Notes: generated by a model not told the origin, from the letters alone. DNA of 64,000 nucleotides from Thermoproteota archaeon (GCA_030550585.1 JAUQPB010000001.1:320001-384000); one strand, 5' to 3'; counted from the first letter of the stretch, positions 47,608 through 58,019 are shown. A program made the numbers and translations.

Positions 47608-49791
47608 ATGCTTGTAGAGCAAACATATCTTAGCATAGCTGTGACCAGCATACTTATTCTGCTAGGCAATATAGTGATGCTCAAAAAACCGTTTGTGGGA
47701 TGCATTCTTAGAGCAGCAGGATTCGCTCTTGCAACAATTCTCATTCAAGGGCCTAACATCTTTGCAGAAACATTGATTGTGGCATCGTCTGTAACTGGCA
47801 TTACACTCTCTTTCTATACCTACTCATATTCTAGAAACAAGTATGGAGACCTTGCACTTACACCTCTTACAGACGTGTTATTGCTGTCTATGATAATTCT
47901 GTTCCAGGCGAAAACACTCATAGAGTTTATCGGCTTTTGGCTACTAACAGAGCTTATCGCTTTCTTTCTCATAGCCTATGAATATATCGTGAAGGGGGAT
48001 GCACAATCGATAAGAGCTGCTATAAAGTATTTAATAGTCTCAATGATACCTACAGACCTATCTCTCTTCATAATGCTGGGCTTGGCTGGATTTGAAGAGG
48101 CTTTGACAAGACCTTTAATGGAATTTAATTTAGGTCTTCAAAATCCAGCAATACTATCGACAGTTATATTGGGGTTCTTCTCTAAAGCTGCTGTAATACC
48201 TCTACACTTTTGGCTTCCAGATGCTCACAGCATTGCACCTTCCCCGGCATCGGCTCTTCTATCTGGACTTATGGTGAAGATGGGTGTATATGGACTTTAC
48301 CTGCTATCGCTTCAACAACTTGATAAATTATTGGCGTCTCTAACAATGGTTTTGCTAGGGGGTTTAACAGCCATATACGGGGCAATTCAAGTACTTGTTC
48401 AAGAGGATATCAAGAGGTTTCTCGCTTATAGCACAATATCTGAAACAGGCCTTATATCCTTACTCATAGGCCTTTACATTTTTTCTGGAGACAATATATT
48501 TCTAGTTTCATCAATTGCATATAGCGTTGCCCATGCTTTATACAAGACACTTATGTTTATGGATGCTGGATATATTGAGGTGGTTGCACATACCCGTAGC
48601 ATAAGAGGTCTTGGATTTATTCATAGGCTAAGCCCTCTTCAAACAACATCTATTTTGATGAACATAGCCTCTTATCTAGGTATGCCACCCTCTACAGGGT
48701 TTCTAGCAAAGTTAACTATTTTCACAGCTATTACAAAACACATTACCCACTCCCATATATACATTATAGTGCTGCTAATAACTGTTGTCAAGGTCATGAT
48801 ATCCGTTATTTACAATGGTGTTTATCTCAAAACACATTTCGGTAAAGAACCTCTTAGCAACATTGCCAACACATATCAGTCTGGAGATGACCTTATGTTG
48901 AATATGTCCTGTCTAGTTAGTTCTGTATACACATACATAATTACAATACCTCTACTCTATTTGCTAATCTATGAAGGAGGTTTTGCAGAGGTGAAATACC
49001 TTAGAACTCTTCTTCCATTTGCAGTAGTATTAACAATTATATCCCTACTCCTATATCTCCTCATATATAAAACCATAAAACGCGAAAGAGATGATGCAAA
49101 AAGCTTCTACACCCCAAACTTTAGCTATGCTAATAGATTTTTAGGGCTATACGCAATACTTGTTTTCTCTATAACTCTCGTTTTAGGTATAACAAACAAA
49201 GATCTTATGTTGTTGGAAGCAGGATTCAAAACTGTTCTCACAATAGGTTACTTGAGCATCGTTAATGATATACTAGCAAAGCTATATTCCAAAGCCACTG
49301 GCATGACAGTTTTCATAACCATTCTTACACTAGTTTATTACATATTACTTTGTATTTGCGACCCATGGACCGCTATAATATTTTCTGCAGTATACACTAC
49401 ATCTATGGCTATACTAATTAAGTTAGCCAAGTTGGAGATTCCGTACATCTCTACTTTCTATAGGTTACCGGCAATACTTAGAGGTGTCAAGCTAATCGAT
49501 AAAATGTTTAAAGCATTTATGAAGCTGTTTTCACAAATAAAGAAGCGGTTTTTAATTGAATTCAAGGTTTACAGCAAATTAACAAAGATCATGCATCTAC
49601 AAACCATTCCCTATCTCATAACCTACACAGCTGTGATTCTTGAGACAGAGCTGGAGAACATACTAGGTAAAATATCAAGTATCTTATCTAGGCTTGAGTA
49701 TATTGTTGAACATTCGCTACTAGCAATATTGGTAGCGGCCAGCACGATTGTATTGATAGCACTTATCTTCAATATTTTGCTTATGCTATAA
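47608..49791 (+). CDS. complex I subunit 5 / MnhA-D family membrane subunit with C-terminal extension
   Basis: KAAVIPLHFWLPDAHS.APSPASALLSG.MVK.G, KRFLAYST, HALYK, GFLAK. Confidence 0.85.
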   Translation: MLVEQTYLSIAVTSILILLGNIVMLKKPFVGCILRAAGFALATILIQGPNIFAETLIVASSVTGITLSFYTYSYSRNKYGDLALTPLTDVLLLSMIILFQAKTLIEFIGFWLLTELIAFFLIAYEYIVKGDAQSIRAAIKYLIVSMIPTDLSLFIMLGLAGFEEALTRPLMEFNLGLQNPAILSTVILGFFSKAAVIPLHFWLPDAHSIAPSPASALLSGLMVKMGVYGLYLLSLQQLDKLLASLTMVLLGGLTAIYGAIQVLVQEDIKRFLAYSTISETGLISLLIGLYIFSGDNIFLVSSIAYSVAHALYKTLMFMDAGYIEVVAHTRSIRGLGFIHRLSPLQTTSILMNIASYLGMPPSTGFLAKLTIFTAITKHITHSHIYIIVLLITVVKVMISVIYNGVYLKTHFGKEPLSNIANTYQSGDDLMLNMSCLVSSVYTYIITIPLLYLLIYEGGFAEVKYLRTLLPFAVVLTIISLLLYLLIYKTIKRERDDAKSFYTPNFSYANRFLGLYAILVFSITLVLGITNKDLMLLEAGFKTVLTIGYLSIVNDILAKLYSKATGMTVFITILTLVYYILLCICDPWTAIIFSAVYTTSMAILIKLAKLEIPYISTFYRLPAILRGVKLIDKMFKAFMKLFSQIKKRFLIEFKVYSKLTKIMHLQTIPYLITYTAVILETELENILGKISSILSRLEYIVEHSLLAILVAASTIVLIALIFNILLML

Positions 49792-49867
49792 AAATATCAT
49801 AATACGAACCTTTAGAGGCTTGAGTGAGCTAAGTATCTAAGGGGACTAGACATTAAAAAGCATGATA

Positions 49868-49909
49868 TTGACCTTCCCTGCTCTAAAGAACGAGGCTTTT
49901 TGGTTGTAA
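49868..49909 (-). mobile_element. IS200/IS605-type single-hairpin mini-element (PATE-like), copy 1
   Basis: TTAC AACCAA AAAG CCTCGTTC TTTA GAGCAGGG AAGG TCAA. Confidence 0.7.
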
Positions 49910-50114
49910 AAATCAGCTTTAACAGCAATGTTAATTAGCTTTTTGCCGTGGTCGAGGAGCAGAGTTATTATTATTGATGTATCTAACACATATCTCGTCT
50001 TCTATCCCTATCCTCTCTCACAAGCCTAGCTATAACACCGGGGTCTACCCTCCCAGCCAAGCTACTCCTAAGTCTCTCCTCCAGCTCTCTTAAAATCCCA
50101 ATATAAATTGTCAT
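49906..50114 (-). pseudogene. decayed vapBC pair (antitoxin fragment plus truncated PIN toxin)
   Basis: ...LVREDRD antitoxin tail overlaps YVLDTSIIITLL..., which runs into the mini-element at TTAC. Confidence 0.65.
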
Positions 50115-50614
50115 ACTAGACAATGTTGACTTCCGTAATACAAATATGTAATACAAGCTTATAAACCCTATGAAAAGGCTCAATGAATTATATTTTTGCC
50201 ATTTTTGCTTAGTATTAAGGTGCAATGTTTTTGTTGCTTAACCATAAACAAATAGACTTCTATCAAGCATTATTGTTGAACTAATCTCTGCGACTCATAG
50301 GTCTATTCTGAGTGCATTACTAACCACCTTAACATTTATCAACAGAGGATTCCTATAAATGGATTAAGGGAAGAAGAATTGTGTTTGTGTTTATTTATGA
50401 AAATTATTTAGCTTGAAATTTTTTAAAGATAAATTAGATAAATGTTTAGTGATGTCAAGGTAGACACTTTATCTTGGTTATATTGCCTACCTCAATCTTA
50501 TCGAGTTTCAGGGTATATTTGCCCCCACCTGTTCTCTTGGTTTTGCGTCCTCGCAGCATAAATGAAGAGTGGGGATAAGGGCTCTAAGTCGTTTGCAAAT
50601 CGATGGTGAAAAGC

Positions 50615-51844
50615 TTATGTGAGTAGCTTCTCGATTAGGGCATAGTATATCTTAGCCATTTTCTCAAATTCGCTTATGGGCAGGTATTCATCTGCTGCAT
50701 GAGCAACGCCAATCGCTCCCGGCCCGTAAGCGACTACTGGTATGTTTGCATCTGTGTAGAACCTCATATCCAGTCCTCCTAGACACACTGTTAACCTTGG
50801 CTTTTTACCCAGAACCTTCTCCCCTGTTTCTTGCACCGTCTTGACGAAGCTGGAGTTGGGATCTGTTATTGCTGGAGGTTGCTTGTTGACTATCTTAACC
50901 TCTACCCTAACATCTCTGAGATCCATCGACGCCTTTTTGATGAAATCGATCATCTCTTTTTCGACGTCCTCTAACCTCTCCTCGGGGACAACCCTTCTAT
51001 CTATTGAGAAGGCAGAATATCCTGGAACAACATTGATCTTTGTACTACCTTTAACCTCTCCCCCAATCGTTACTGTGGGTCTGACCCCTCTCAGGTCATT
51101 GTATTCGTATACACTTTTCCTCGATTTTAGATACTCTTCATATTCAGTCATAAACCTATGCGCTATTTTAACCATGTATTCAAACGCGTTGACACCCAAC
51201 CACGGAGTTGCTCCATGAGCCTGCCTCCCATATACCTCTACCAATGCCCAGACAGCTCCTTTATGCCCTATCCATATTGATTCGCTACCACTAGGCTCGC
51301 CTATAACCACATAATCTGGTCTAACACCAACTTTTCTCACCAAAAACCCGGTTCCTGACTCACCTCCTATTTCTTCATCCGGAACTAGAGCAACTTCAAT
51401 ACCACCCCCTAGCTTCTTACCCGAGTCAATAACGGATTTCAGTGCGACAAGAAACGATGCTATACCTCCTTTCATGTCTGTTGAGCCCCTCCCATACAGC
51501 TTCCCATTCTCAACAACTGGGTCAAACGGCTTCCTAGTCCAGCCACTCCCAGCAGGCACCACATCATAGTGCCCGTTAAAGTGAAGAACAGGCTTGCCCT
51601 CACCATATTTAGCATACACTATGTAGCGTGGATATGCTGCGTAATCTGGATAGTACTCTCTAACATATTCAGCTGGAACCTCGATAATTCTTACCTCAAC
51701 ACCCAAAGACTCTAGCACCTCTCTAGCATACTTGACAAAATCCCAATAGTGCTCACCCGGAGGATTGGTAGTTGGGATAGCTACCATGTCTTTAAGTATC
51801 TTTAGACCCCACCCAACATTTCTAGCCACATAATCCACAGACAT
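50615..51844 (-). CDS. M20 family metallopeptidase (ArgE/DapE-like)
   Basis: NGHYDVVP, GRGSTDMKGG, DEEIGG, GEPS, AHAADE. Confidence 0.93.
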   Translation of the reverse strand: MSVDYVARNVGWGLKILKDMVAIPTTNPPGEHYWDFVKYAREVLESLGVEVRIIEVPAEYVREYYPDYAAYPRYIVYAKYGEGKPVLHFNGHYDVVPAGSGWTRKPFDPVVENGKLYGRGSTDMKGGIASFLVALKSVIDSGKKLGGGIEVALVPDEEIGGESGTGFLVRKVGVRPDYVVIGEPSGSESIWIGHKGAVWALVEVYGRQAHGATPWLGVNAFEYMVKIAHRFMTEYEEYLKSRKSVYEYNDLRGVRPTVTIGGEVKGSTKINVVPGYSAFSIDRRVVPEERLEDVEKEMIDFIKKASMDLRDVRVEVKIVNKQPPAITDPNSSFVKTVQETGEKVLGKKPRLTVCLGGLDMRFYTDANIPVVAYGPGAIGVAHAADEYLPISEFEKMAKIYYALIEKLLT

Positions 51845-51886
51845 AAAACACCATTTCCTCTACTTTGCACATCGACTTAGAGACTA

Positions 51887-52027
51887 TTAAAAGTTATCGA
51901 CAGGCTGAGCATCAACACCATACAGAATCATTGGCTTGCCAAGAATAGGAATCATGTGTTTAGGTCTAGAAAATGTGAATGGCCTAAGCCTAGAGCCCTC
52001 GCCAGCAGCCAGAACAAGACCCTTCAT
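51887..52027 (-). pseudogene. glucose-1-phosphate thymidylyltransferase (RmlA-like) N-terminal fragment
   Basis: MKGLVLAAGEGSRLRPFTFSRPKHMIPILGKPMI, stop after 46 aa. Confidence 0.8.
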
Positions 52028-52234
52028 AAAAGCACCCGATCTATGTCCTAGTATTCAAGTATCAAAAACGCTACAATATTTTAAATTTAATAAAATATTG
52101 TAAAGAGAAGTCGATTCAGCTAAGCAATACACAACACCTCTTAATAATTACCTTTATTCTTCTCTCCACGATTTTCATGTAGATCATCCTTGGCAATAAG
52201 AGATAAGTTGGCACCTCGTCTGAGCTCATGCGTA

Positions 52235-52850
52235 TCACTGAATTTTCCGCAACTTCACTTCGGCAAAAACAGCTGGTGTGTAGAAGCTATTTAGAAAACG
52301 TAGTTTGATGAAGTTACTGCATCTTAGGTTTGTGATCATAGCTAGAACTATTTCATTTCTCACGCTGAAACACCATTGGAAGCTAGGTAATCCTCCATGT
52401 AGCACCTCTGTAGTGCCCACTGTGGCAACTGGTATGAGGAATTATCTGGCGTTCGCAATTCTGGAACATTGATCCTGGGAAGTTATCGTCTTAATTAAAC
52501 AAAGTTGTCATCTACAAAAAGATTCTTCCAATACACTTCTTAACGACATCTGTTCTGTAGAGAAAGAATGGTACAGCATAATTATTTAATAACACAACAT
52601 ACCTTGGATCCACACCTCTAGCTCTAAATCCGATATCATTACTCCCAGTAAAGCCTAGATTTCTCTCAAGTATAATATTATCTTTCTCCTCAAACTGCTT
52701 ACCTTCTTAGGACGATTTCTTATGATCTCGAAACTCCCATTAGCAGACTCCTTATCAACGAATATCAACTCGTATCTATCACCTATAGATAATCCAAGCC
52801 AGCTACAACATCAAAAGACCTCAAAACAATATCAATTATCCTGCTTAAGT
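52235..52850 (-). pseudogene. GT2 glycosyltransferase (rhamnosyltransferase-like), multiply disrupted
   Basis: Fragments YELIFVDKESANGSFE, ERNLGFTGSNDIG, YVVLLNN, HYRGAT with stops and frameshifts; ends approximate. Confidence 0.7.
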
Positions 52851-52896
52851 TATAATTAAGCTAAATAATGGAGATTCTGCACATCATACTGTCCTA

Positions 52897-53835
52897 TCAG
52901 AGCCTGGCCACTATGTAGCCTTGTTTTGCTATTGATATGCTAGTACTTCTCATGGGTTTCATCTCTATGTTATAGCCAGCATTTCTCAGTACCTTGGCTA
53001 TGGGCTCAGCTCCATTGTGATACTCAATGACTATTTGTTTAAAGACTCTCAAGGTGTTAATATCCACGGATTCTAGCACTTGGTATTCACATCCTTCGCA
53101 ATCCATCTTAAGCACCCCATCCACTATGCCGTAGTTCTCAACAAGGTATTTGAGGCTCACAGTTTTTATCAGCTTGCCCTGCAGCGCCGGCCTGAAGAGA
53201 GTGTATCCTAGGACTCCCTCAGATGCATAGGCATAGCCGTCGCCAGTAGCTAAGGCAGCGTTTAAAAGCTCGACTCTATCCTCAAACCCATTAACTTTAA
53301 CATTAATGCGGGCCAAGCTAAAAAGCTTGGGGTAGGGCTCCAACGCAATAACCTTGCCTGCGCCCTTCAATGAGAATAGTATTGCTGTATCCCCTACACC
53401 AGCCCCAACATCCACAACCACTCTACCCCTCACATCAAGATCATCGTATGCCCCTCCAAAAAAGTTCTCGAAGAGAATGTCGTATAGAAATGGAAACGAG
53501 TTGAAGAGCCTGACGCTTCTCCCCATGTAGTTGAACTCTACAAAACAAGGCGGAACAGCTCTAACAGGTACGCCTGCCAATTTAAATCTGATGTCATTGC
53601 AGAACTTGATGTCTTTAACATTCCCACTCCGATATCCATCAACTATAAATCTATAGAGCTCCGGACAAAGCATATACACCATGTCGCCATGCCTAACTGC
53701 AACGTAGCCATCGGCTAGTCCATATTTAATCAGCAAGTATCTTAGGGTTGCGCTCAGCCAATTTTCAAATAAATGTCTCGCAGAAATCGCTAGGTTGACA
53801 GGCCTTACAATTTTATATAGTTTTCTAGATATCAA
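52897..53835 (-). CDS. FkbM-family SAM-dependent methyltransferase
   Basis: VVDVGAGVGDTA, ALEP, LKMDCEGCE, IEYH. Confidence 0.9.
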   Translation of the reverse strand: MISRKLYKIVRPVNLAISARHLFENWLSATLRYLLIKYGLADGYVAVRHGDMVYMLCPELYRFIVDGYRSGNVKDIKFCNDIRFKLAGVPVRAVPPCFVEFNYMGRSVRLFNSFPFLYDILFENFFGGAYDDLDVRGRVVVDVGAGVGDTAILFSLKGAGKVIALEPYPKLFSLARINVKVNGFEDRVELLNAALATGDGYAYASEGVLGYTLFRPALQGKLIKTVSLKYLVENYGIVDGVLKMDCEGCEYQVLESVDINTLRVFKQIVIEYHNGAEPIAKVLRNAGYNIEMKPMRSTSISIAKQGYIVARL

Positions 53836-54048
53836 AGCTACCCCTCTCCCAGCATATCTAATTTTAGATTTATTTCTCTCTAAAATATGCTTTACCGAGA
53901 TAATCCTAGTTGGTTAAGTAGCGTGTGCATTAGTCCCAGACCAAAGGGTTTTACAAACTCATAGCGAAATTTATATGATTGTATATTGTAGAGGGGTTTC
54001 GCTAGCACTAACAACAAACCTAGGAAACTATTGTATCAATATTTTCGT

Positions 54049-54091
54049 CTGACCCCTCCCCCGCTCTAAAGAATGGGGCTTCCAGTTATAA
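54049..54091 (-). mobile_element. IS200/IS605-type mini-element, copy 2
   Basis: TTAT AACTGG AAG CCCCATTC TTTA GAGCGGGG GAGGGG TCAG. Confidence 0.7.
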
Positions 54092-54195
54092 AAAGGTTTT
54101 CGAAAAACAATATTATCTCTTCTGCACGTCTCAACAGTGTTAAATGTGTTTGTTAAAGGCATGGTTTATAACACTGTTTTGCAGGAGTTGGCTCT

Positions 54196-54603
54196 TTAAG
54201 GAAGAACTTCTATCCCCCTCTCTGTGGCCCTTTTCTTAAGTTTTTTATCAAATGTTGCTAAAGCTAAGCTGTAGTAAATGGCTGTTGAGAGAATTATGTA
54301 GTCGTTTATCTCCTTAACGTTCTCCTTATCCTCTTCAAGCATCTTAAGTGCTTCAATCAATACCTTCTCAGGTTCTAGTATGTATCTTGTTCTAGGATCC
54401 TCTAGATATTCCCTCACCTTCAAGAGGGTGAAGTTAATGGGGGTTTGAATAAGCCTGAGCATAACCCATATGAATTCGTGAACCACGATAGAGGGAATGT
54501 ATATCTCTTTAGCTCTATCAATTATTTCTGTGGCCTCACCATGATGTTCACTGTCTTCAACTGTATCGTAGACTAAAACATTTGTATCAAGAAGTAGCTT
54601 CAA
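54196..54603 (-). CDS. vapC: VapC PIN-domain toxin
   Basis: LLLDTN, VHE, NDY, TFD acidic tetrad; TTG start overlaps the antitoxin. Confidence 0.9.
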   Translation of the reverse strand: MKLLLDTNVLVYDTVEDSEHHGEATEIIDRAKEIYIPSIVVHEFIWVMLRLIQTPINFTLLKVREYLEDPRTRYILEPEKVLIEALKMLEEDKENVKEINDYIILSTAIYYSLALATFDKKLKKRATERGIEVLP

Positions 54604-54823
54604 ACATAATCTCCTCAATAGCTTCCTCTATCTCTTCAACGCTAATCCTCCTACCAGCCCTTATCGTTAGCCTCTTCCTCTTCAATGGAGTTATTTTAAT
54701 GACATTCTCCTTTTCGTCGTAAACAATTTTAACGAGGTCTCCCTCCCTAATCTCTACTTTTTCTCTAATACTAGCAGGAATTGTCACCTGGTAGTTGCGT
54801 GTAACCTTAACTATTTCCTCCAA
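54587..54823 (-). CDS. vapB: AbrB-type antitoxin (VapB)
   Basis: VKVTRNYQVTIPASIR....I.EGD. Confidence 0.9.
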   Translation of the reverse strand: MEEIVKVTRNYQVTIPASIREKVEIREGDLVKIVYDEKENVIKITPLKRKRLTIRAGRRISVEEIEEAIEEIMFEATS

Positions 54824-54959
54824 GGGTAATCCCTAGTAAAAATAGTTGTCTACTAGTATATAAGCATTTCTAGTAGAAAAGAAACCTAAGCACCTTTCAA
54901 TCTATTCATGTTTCTCCCCACCACCATCTTTCACAGAGAAGTTACAGTAGTAAAACTTG

Positions 54960-55017
54960 TGAGGAACTAGGTCTAGAGATAGACCTTGTGAAAGGCGGGC
55001 TGAGACCCATGAAACCC
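54960..55017 (+). repeat. ~58-bp near-identical copy of 63729-63786 (3' end of aspartyl protease gene)
   Basis: TGAGGAACT(A/G)GGTCTAGAGATAGACCTTGTGAAAGGCGGGCT(G/C)AGACCCATG(A/G)AACCC, 3 mismatches. Confidence 0.9.
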
Positions 55018-55019
55018 AG

Positions 55020-55205
55020 AGTACATCGAATGCTTTTTGCAAACTTCTACCATTCATATACTTGCGACAGTTCCTCAAACACTCCTCAGCAATGCACATC
55101 TTATGCTTGATCTCTTTCAAAAGCTCTTCACCAAGCCCATACATTGTCTACGCCTTATGAATATGGGGTGCTATCTCTTTGACGGGCCCCTGCCCTCAAT
55201 CTCTA
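55020..55205 (-). pseudogene. PaREP1-like fragment
   Basis: GEELLKE...IAEECLR resembles GRELL...VAEECIK of the PaREP1 at 61.7 kb; internal stop; ends approximate. Confidence 0.45.
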
Positions 55206-55312
55206 TCTATATGACCCAGTATATGATGCTGCTTAGTGAAATGGATATCTTGTTTAAGAATTCTAAAGATTTATATAGAATGTTTCGGTATGTTCTATAC
55301 TGGTGGTAGGTA

Positions 55313-55585
55313 CTGAATAAAGTAAAAACAAGTATATATGTTGATAAAGATCTTTGGGAAGAATTCAAAAAACTGGCTCAGAGAAAAGGTGTTGAGCCAA
55401 GTAAGTTACTAGAGGAGTTAATACGTGAGGAATTATTTGAGAAAATGTTAGACGAGTTTATGCAGGAACTCGGTATTGGAAATGACTATGAAATCGATTT
55501 TGAGCCAGTTAAACCACGTAAAGACTTGGTAAGTGATCTTGTTAGGTCTATGCGTGATGAAAGAAGAGATAGTTTACCTAGATAG
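55313..55585 (+). CDS. vapB: RHH antitoxin (VapB), apparent CTG start; absent from the ORF track
   Basis: KVKTSIYVDKDLWEEFKKLA..KG...SKLLEELIREE...VRSMRDER; GGTGG RBS; in-frame TAG just upstream of the CTG. Confidence 0.8.
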   Translation: MNKVKTSIYVDKDLWEEFKKLAQRKGVEPSKLLEELIREELFEKMLDEFMQELGIGNDYEIDFEPVKPRKDLVSDLVRSMRDERRDSLPR

Positions 55586-56012
55586 TAGTGCTATTATTAA
55601 GAGGTATATCGAGGAGCCTGGTAGTTTGGAGATAAGAAGTCTCTATAAGAAGGCCTATGCAGGGGAGATAGTAGTATCTTATAGTCTGTGGAATGTGGGA
55701 GAAGTATTGGTAGCTTTTGATCGTGCTAGAAGGCTTGAGAGAATCACTGAAGATGATTATCGTACTGTTAAGAGAAGGTTTCTAAACGAGATTAAACGTA
55801 TGTTGAAATTGGGAGTAATGGTCTTAGTCCCTATAACCCTTAGAGTTTTACGCGAAAGCTGGAAGCTCTTAGAGAAATACCACATATACGTCGCAGATGC
55901 TTTACAAATAGCATCAGCTAGAAACATTGATGCAGAACTCTTCTTAACAGGTGATAAGAGGTTATACGAAATAGCATTAAGAGAAAATATCAAGAGCAAG
56001 TACATAGGCTAG
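55557..56012 (+). CDS. vapC: VapC PIN-domain toxin
   Basis: VYLDSSAIIKRY..EPGS, VGE, ADALQIASA, TGD. Confidence 0.9.
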   Translation: MKEEIVYLDSSAIIKRYIEEPGSLEIRSLYKKAYAGEIVVSYSLWNVGEVLVAFDRARRLERITEDDYRTVKRRFLNEIKRMLKLGVMVLVPITLRVLRESWKLLEKYHIYVADALQIASARNIDAELFLTGDKRLYEIALRENIKSKYIG

Positions 56013-56528
56013 ATTTAACGAATATTATTAGAATAGAGACACTCGAAGACCTATTAATGTAGAGCCATAGAAAAAGATTAAGAACCAATCTCAACTTTGC
56101 TTAGATCCTTATGTTTATCTTCTCAATTCTCTACATAGCTGTCCCCAAAGCCTCTTTTGGCATGGACTTTCCCGTTATTGGAGCACCTTTGATGTGTTTT
56201 AAATCGATATACTCTATCTTCAAGTCCTCGACCAATACTCTATAGCAAATGAATGTCTATATTCTCTTATGTCCTATGCCCATAGAAAACCCTTTACTGA
56301 ATTCGACTACAGATGGCGATAGATTTAAAGAGCTAAAATTCAACTCTAAGTTTCACCTAGTCACTAATCTTTCTGCGACTCAGAATAGGTGCGGGCGATG
56401 AAGATCGTATATCGGATTGTATATCGGGAAGACGATGCGTTTATGCGTAAACCCGATTCTTGTACACAATATAAGACGATTCTTCGAATTTCTGCAATTT
56501 CTACATCTTATTGTATTTACGGCAAAAT

Positions 56529-57479
56529 CTAAATTGATTTAGCCATTATGTAATAGTGTTTTATTTTTGCGATCCCTGGGACTTGTGTGTAGTAGAAGAG
56601 GTGGGAGGTCCATGGAATTACAACAAATCTAAATCCTAGTTGCTTTAACTCGTAGAGAGACTTGAATAGCAAAACCGTTCCAATACCTAACCTCCTCTTG
56701 TTCGGATCTACACCTACAGGACCAAATTCGTTTCTGCCCATTCGGCGATAAACAGCAAAGCCTGCTAGCTCATTATTTTGCTCTGCTAACCATATCGATG
56801 GAGGCTTGCATCTAAATGCATACAAGGCTTCTAAACGCCAAATAGGACTGAATTTCTCTCCAACCCATTTCCCAACTTTCTCAGCTTCATCTTCTCTAGC
56901 CTTTCTAATCAAAAAACCTTGTGACGTCAGATCATTCTCGATTTTCAGAACTCTTCTTGGGTAATAGAAACGCTCTAAATCAACCTCATAACTCACAGTC
57001 TCCTCTTTCTTGACATACCCAAAATACTCGAAAAGCTCTACATAGTCTTCTTATAATATGTTTATACCTGGCATGAAATAGTATGGAGCATATGCATAGA
57101 GAACAACACTCTTCTTATCTCGTGCCTTAGCCACATTCTCAAACTCTTTGAGTAGAGTAGATAGAACATCTCTCCGCAAATCCGCTGGGAGATGAGGGTC
57201 TACAACAACATCCTTCTCAAACAACACATCCCTAAATTTCTCAATGGCTTCTCTAGGCTCTTTAACAACCTCAACACCTGCAAGAAAACCTAGAACCCTG
57301 TCTCCATCACCAACAGCAAAATATGTTATATCCTCATCAAAATTAGGGTCGCTCAGAATAAACGATGCGAATGTCTCGCAATCAACGTTGTCATATGGAA
57401 AAGATATGTTGTGCAATTTACATGCAGCCTCCAAATAAACAGCATCTCTCAAATCTCTATATGTATATAATCTGATCAT
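56529..57479 (-). pseudogene. tandem-GNAT acetyltransferase interrupted by one in-frame TAA
   Basis: ORFs 57051-57479 and 56529-56996 are in the same frame, joined by 18 sense codons after the TAA at 57051-57053; FGPVGVDP..R.LGIGT motif. Confidence 0.8.
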
Positions 57480-57717
57480 AGATGTCTCCCAACCAAATTA
57501 TCTAGATGCCCAAATATTTTATTTTTGCTGCTTAACCATAGAGATTGCATTTACTTTCAGATATCGAAAAGTCTTAAGCACAGACATTATCGTCATTAGA
57601 GCAACTTCTATTCCACATTTTTTCGCAATTAACACGCCCATGCGAAAGCCTGTCTAGGTCTATCAACATCGATAAGCTACTTCATCACCTGGCACAAGTC
57701 ATTCTACAAAAGCCAAG

Positions 57718-57762
57718 TTACAACTAGGAGACCTCGCCCTTAAGGGGAGGAGAAGAGGTCAG
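57718..57762 (+). mobile_element. IS200/IS605-type mini-element, copy 3
   Basis: TTAC AACTAG GAGA CCTCGCCC TTAA GGGGAGG AGAAGAGG TCAG. Confidence 0.7.
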
Positions 57763-58019
57763 TTTGGAGTGTAACTGCGGACAAGGTGGGATCCCAGACG
57801 TTCGTTTTAACCACCATATATGAGTTGGTCAACGCACCTAGGGAGAAATAGCTTATCCATGTGTTTTGCCGGGGAAGTAGCATAGCTCGATTCTTCAGCA
57901 TACCATATTTATTCAGCGAGTGGGCAAGACATTGGGTTTTTAGAGCTGGTAGACTTTTAAGGTTTATCATAAGTTTAAATGTTTGGGTTTACCAATATAT
58001 AAACTGTGGTGGTTGGGTA

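Noticed and set aside
49090-49143. Possible separate gene start (ATGATG CAA AAA) inside the 727-aa subunit, implying a frameshift fusion
   Set aside because: The alternative frame stops after 17 codons and the main frame is uninterrupted; cannot be supported without orthologs
56397-56456. ATGAAGA...GTATATCGG x2...CCGA as a C/D sRNA
   Set aside because: Boxes are poor; only a 9-bp local repeat
57051-57053. Stop-codon recoding (Sec/Pyl) in the GNAT gene
   Set aside because: The codon is TAA, which is not used for Sec or Pyl
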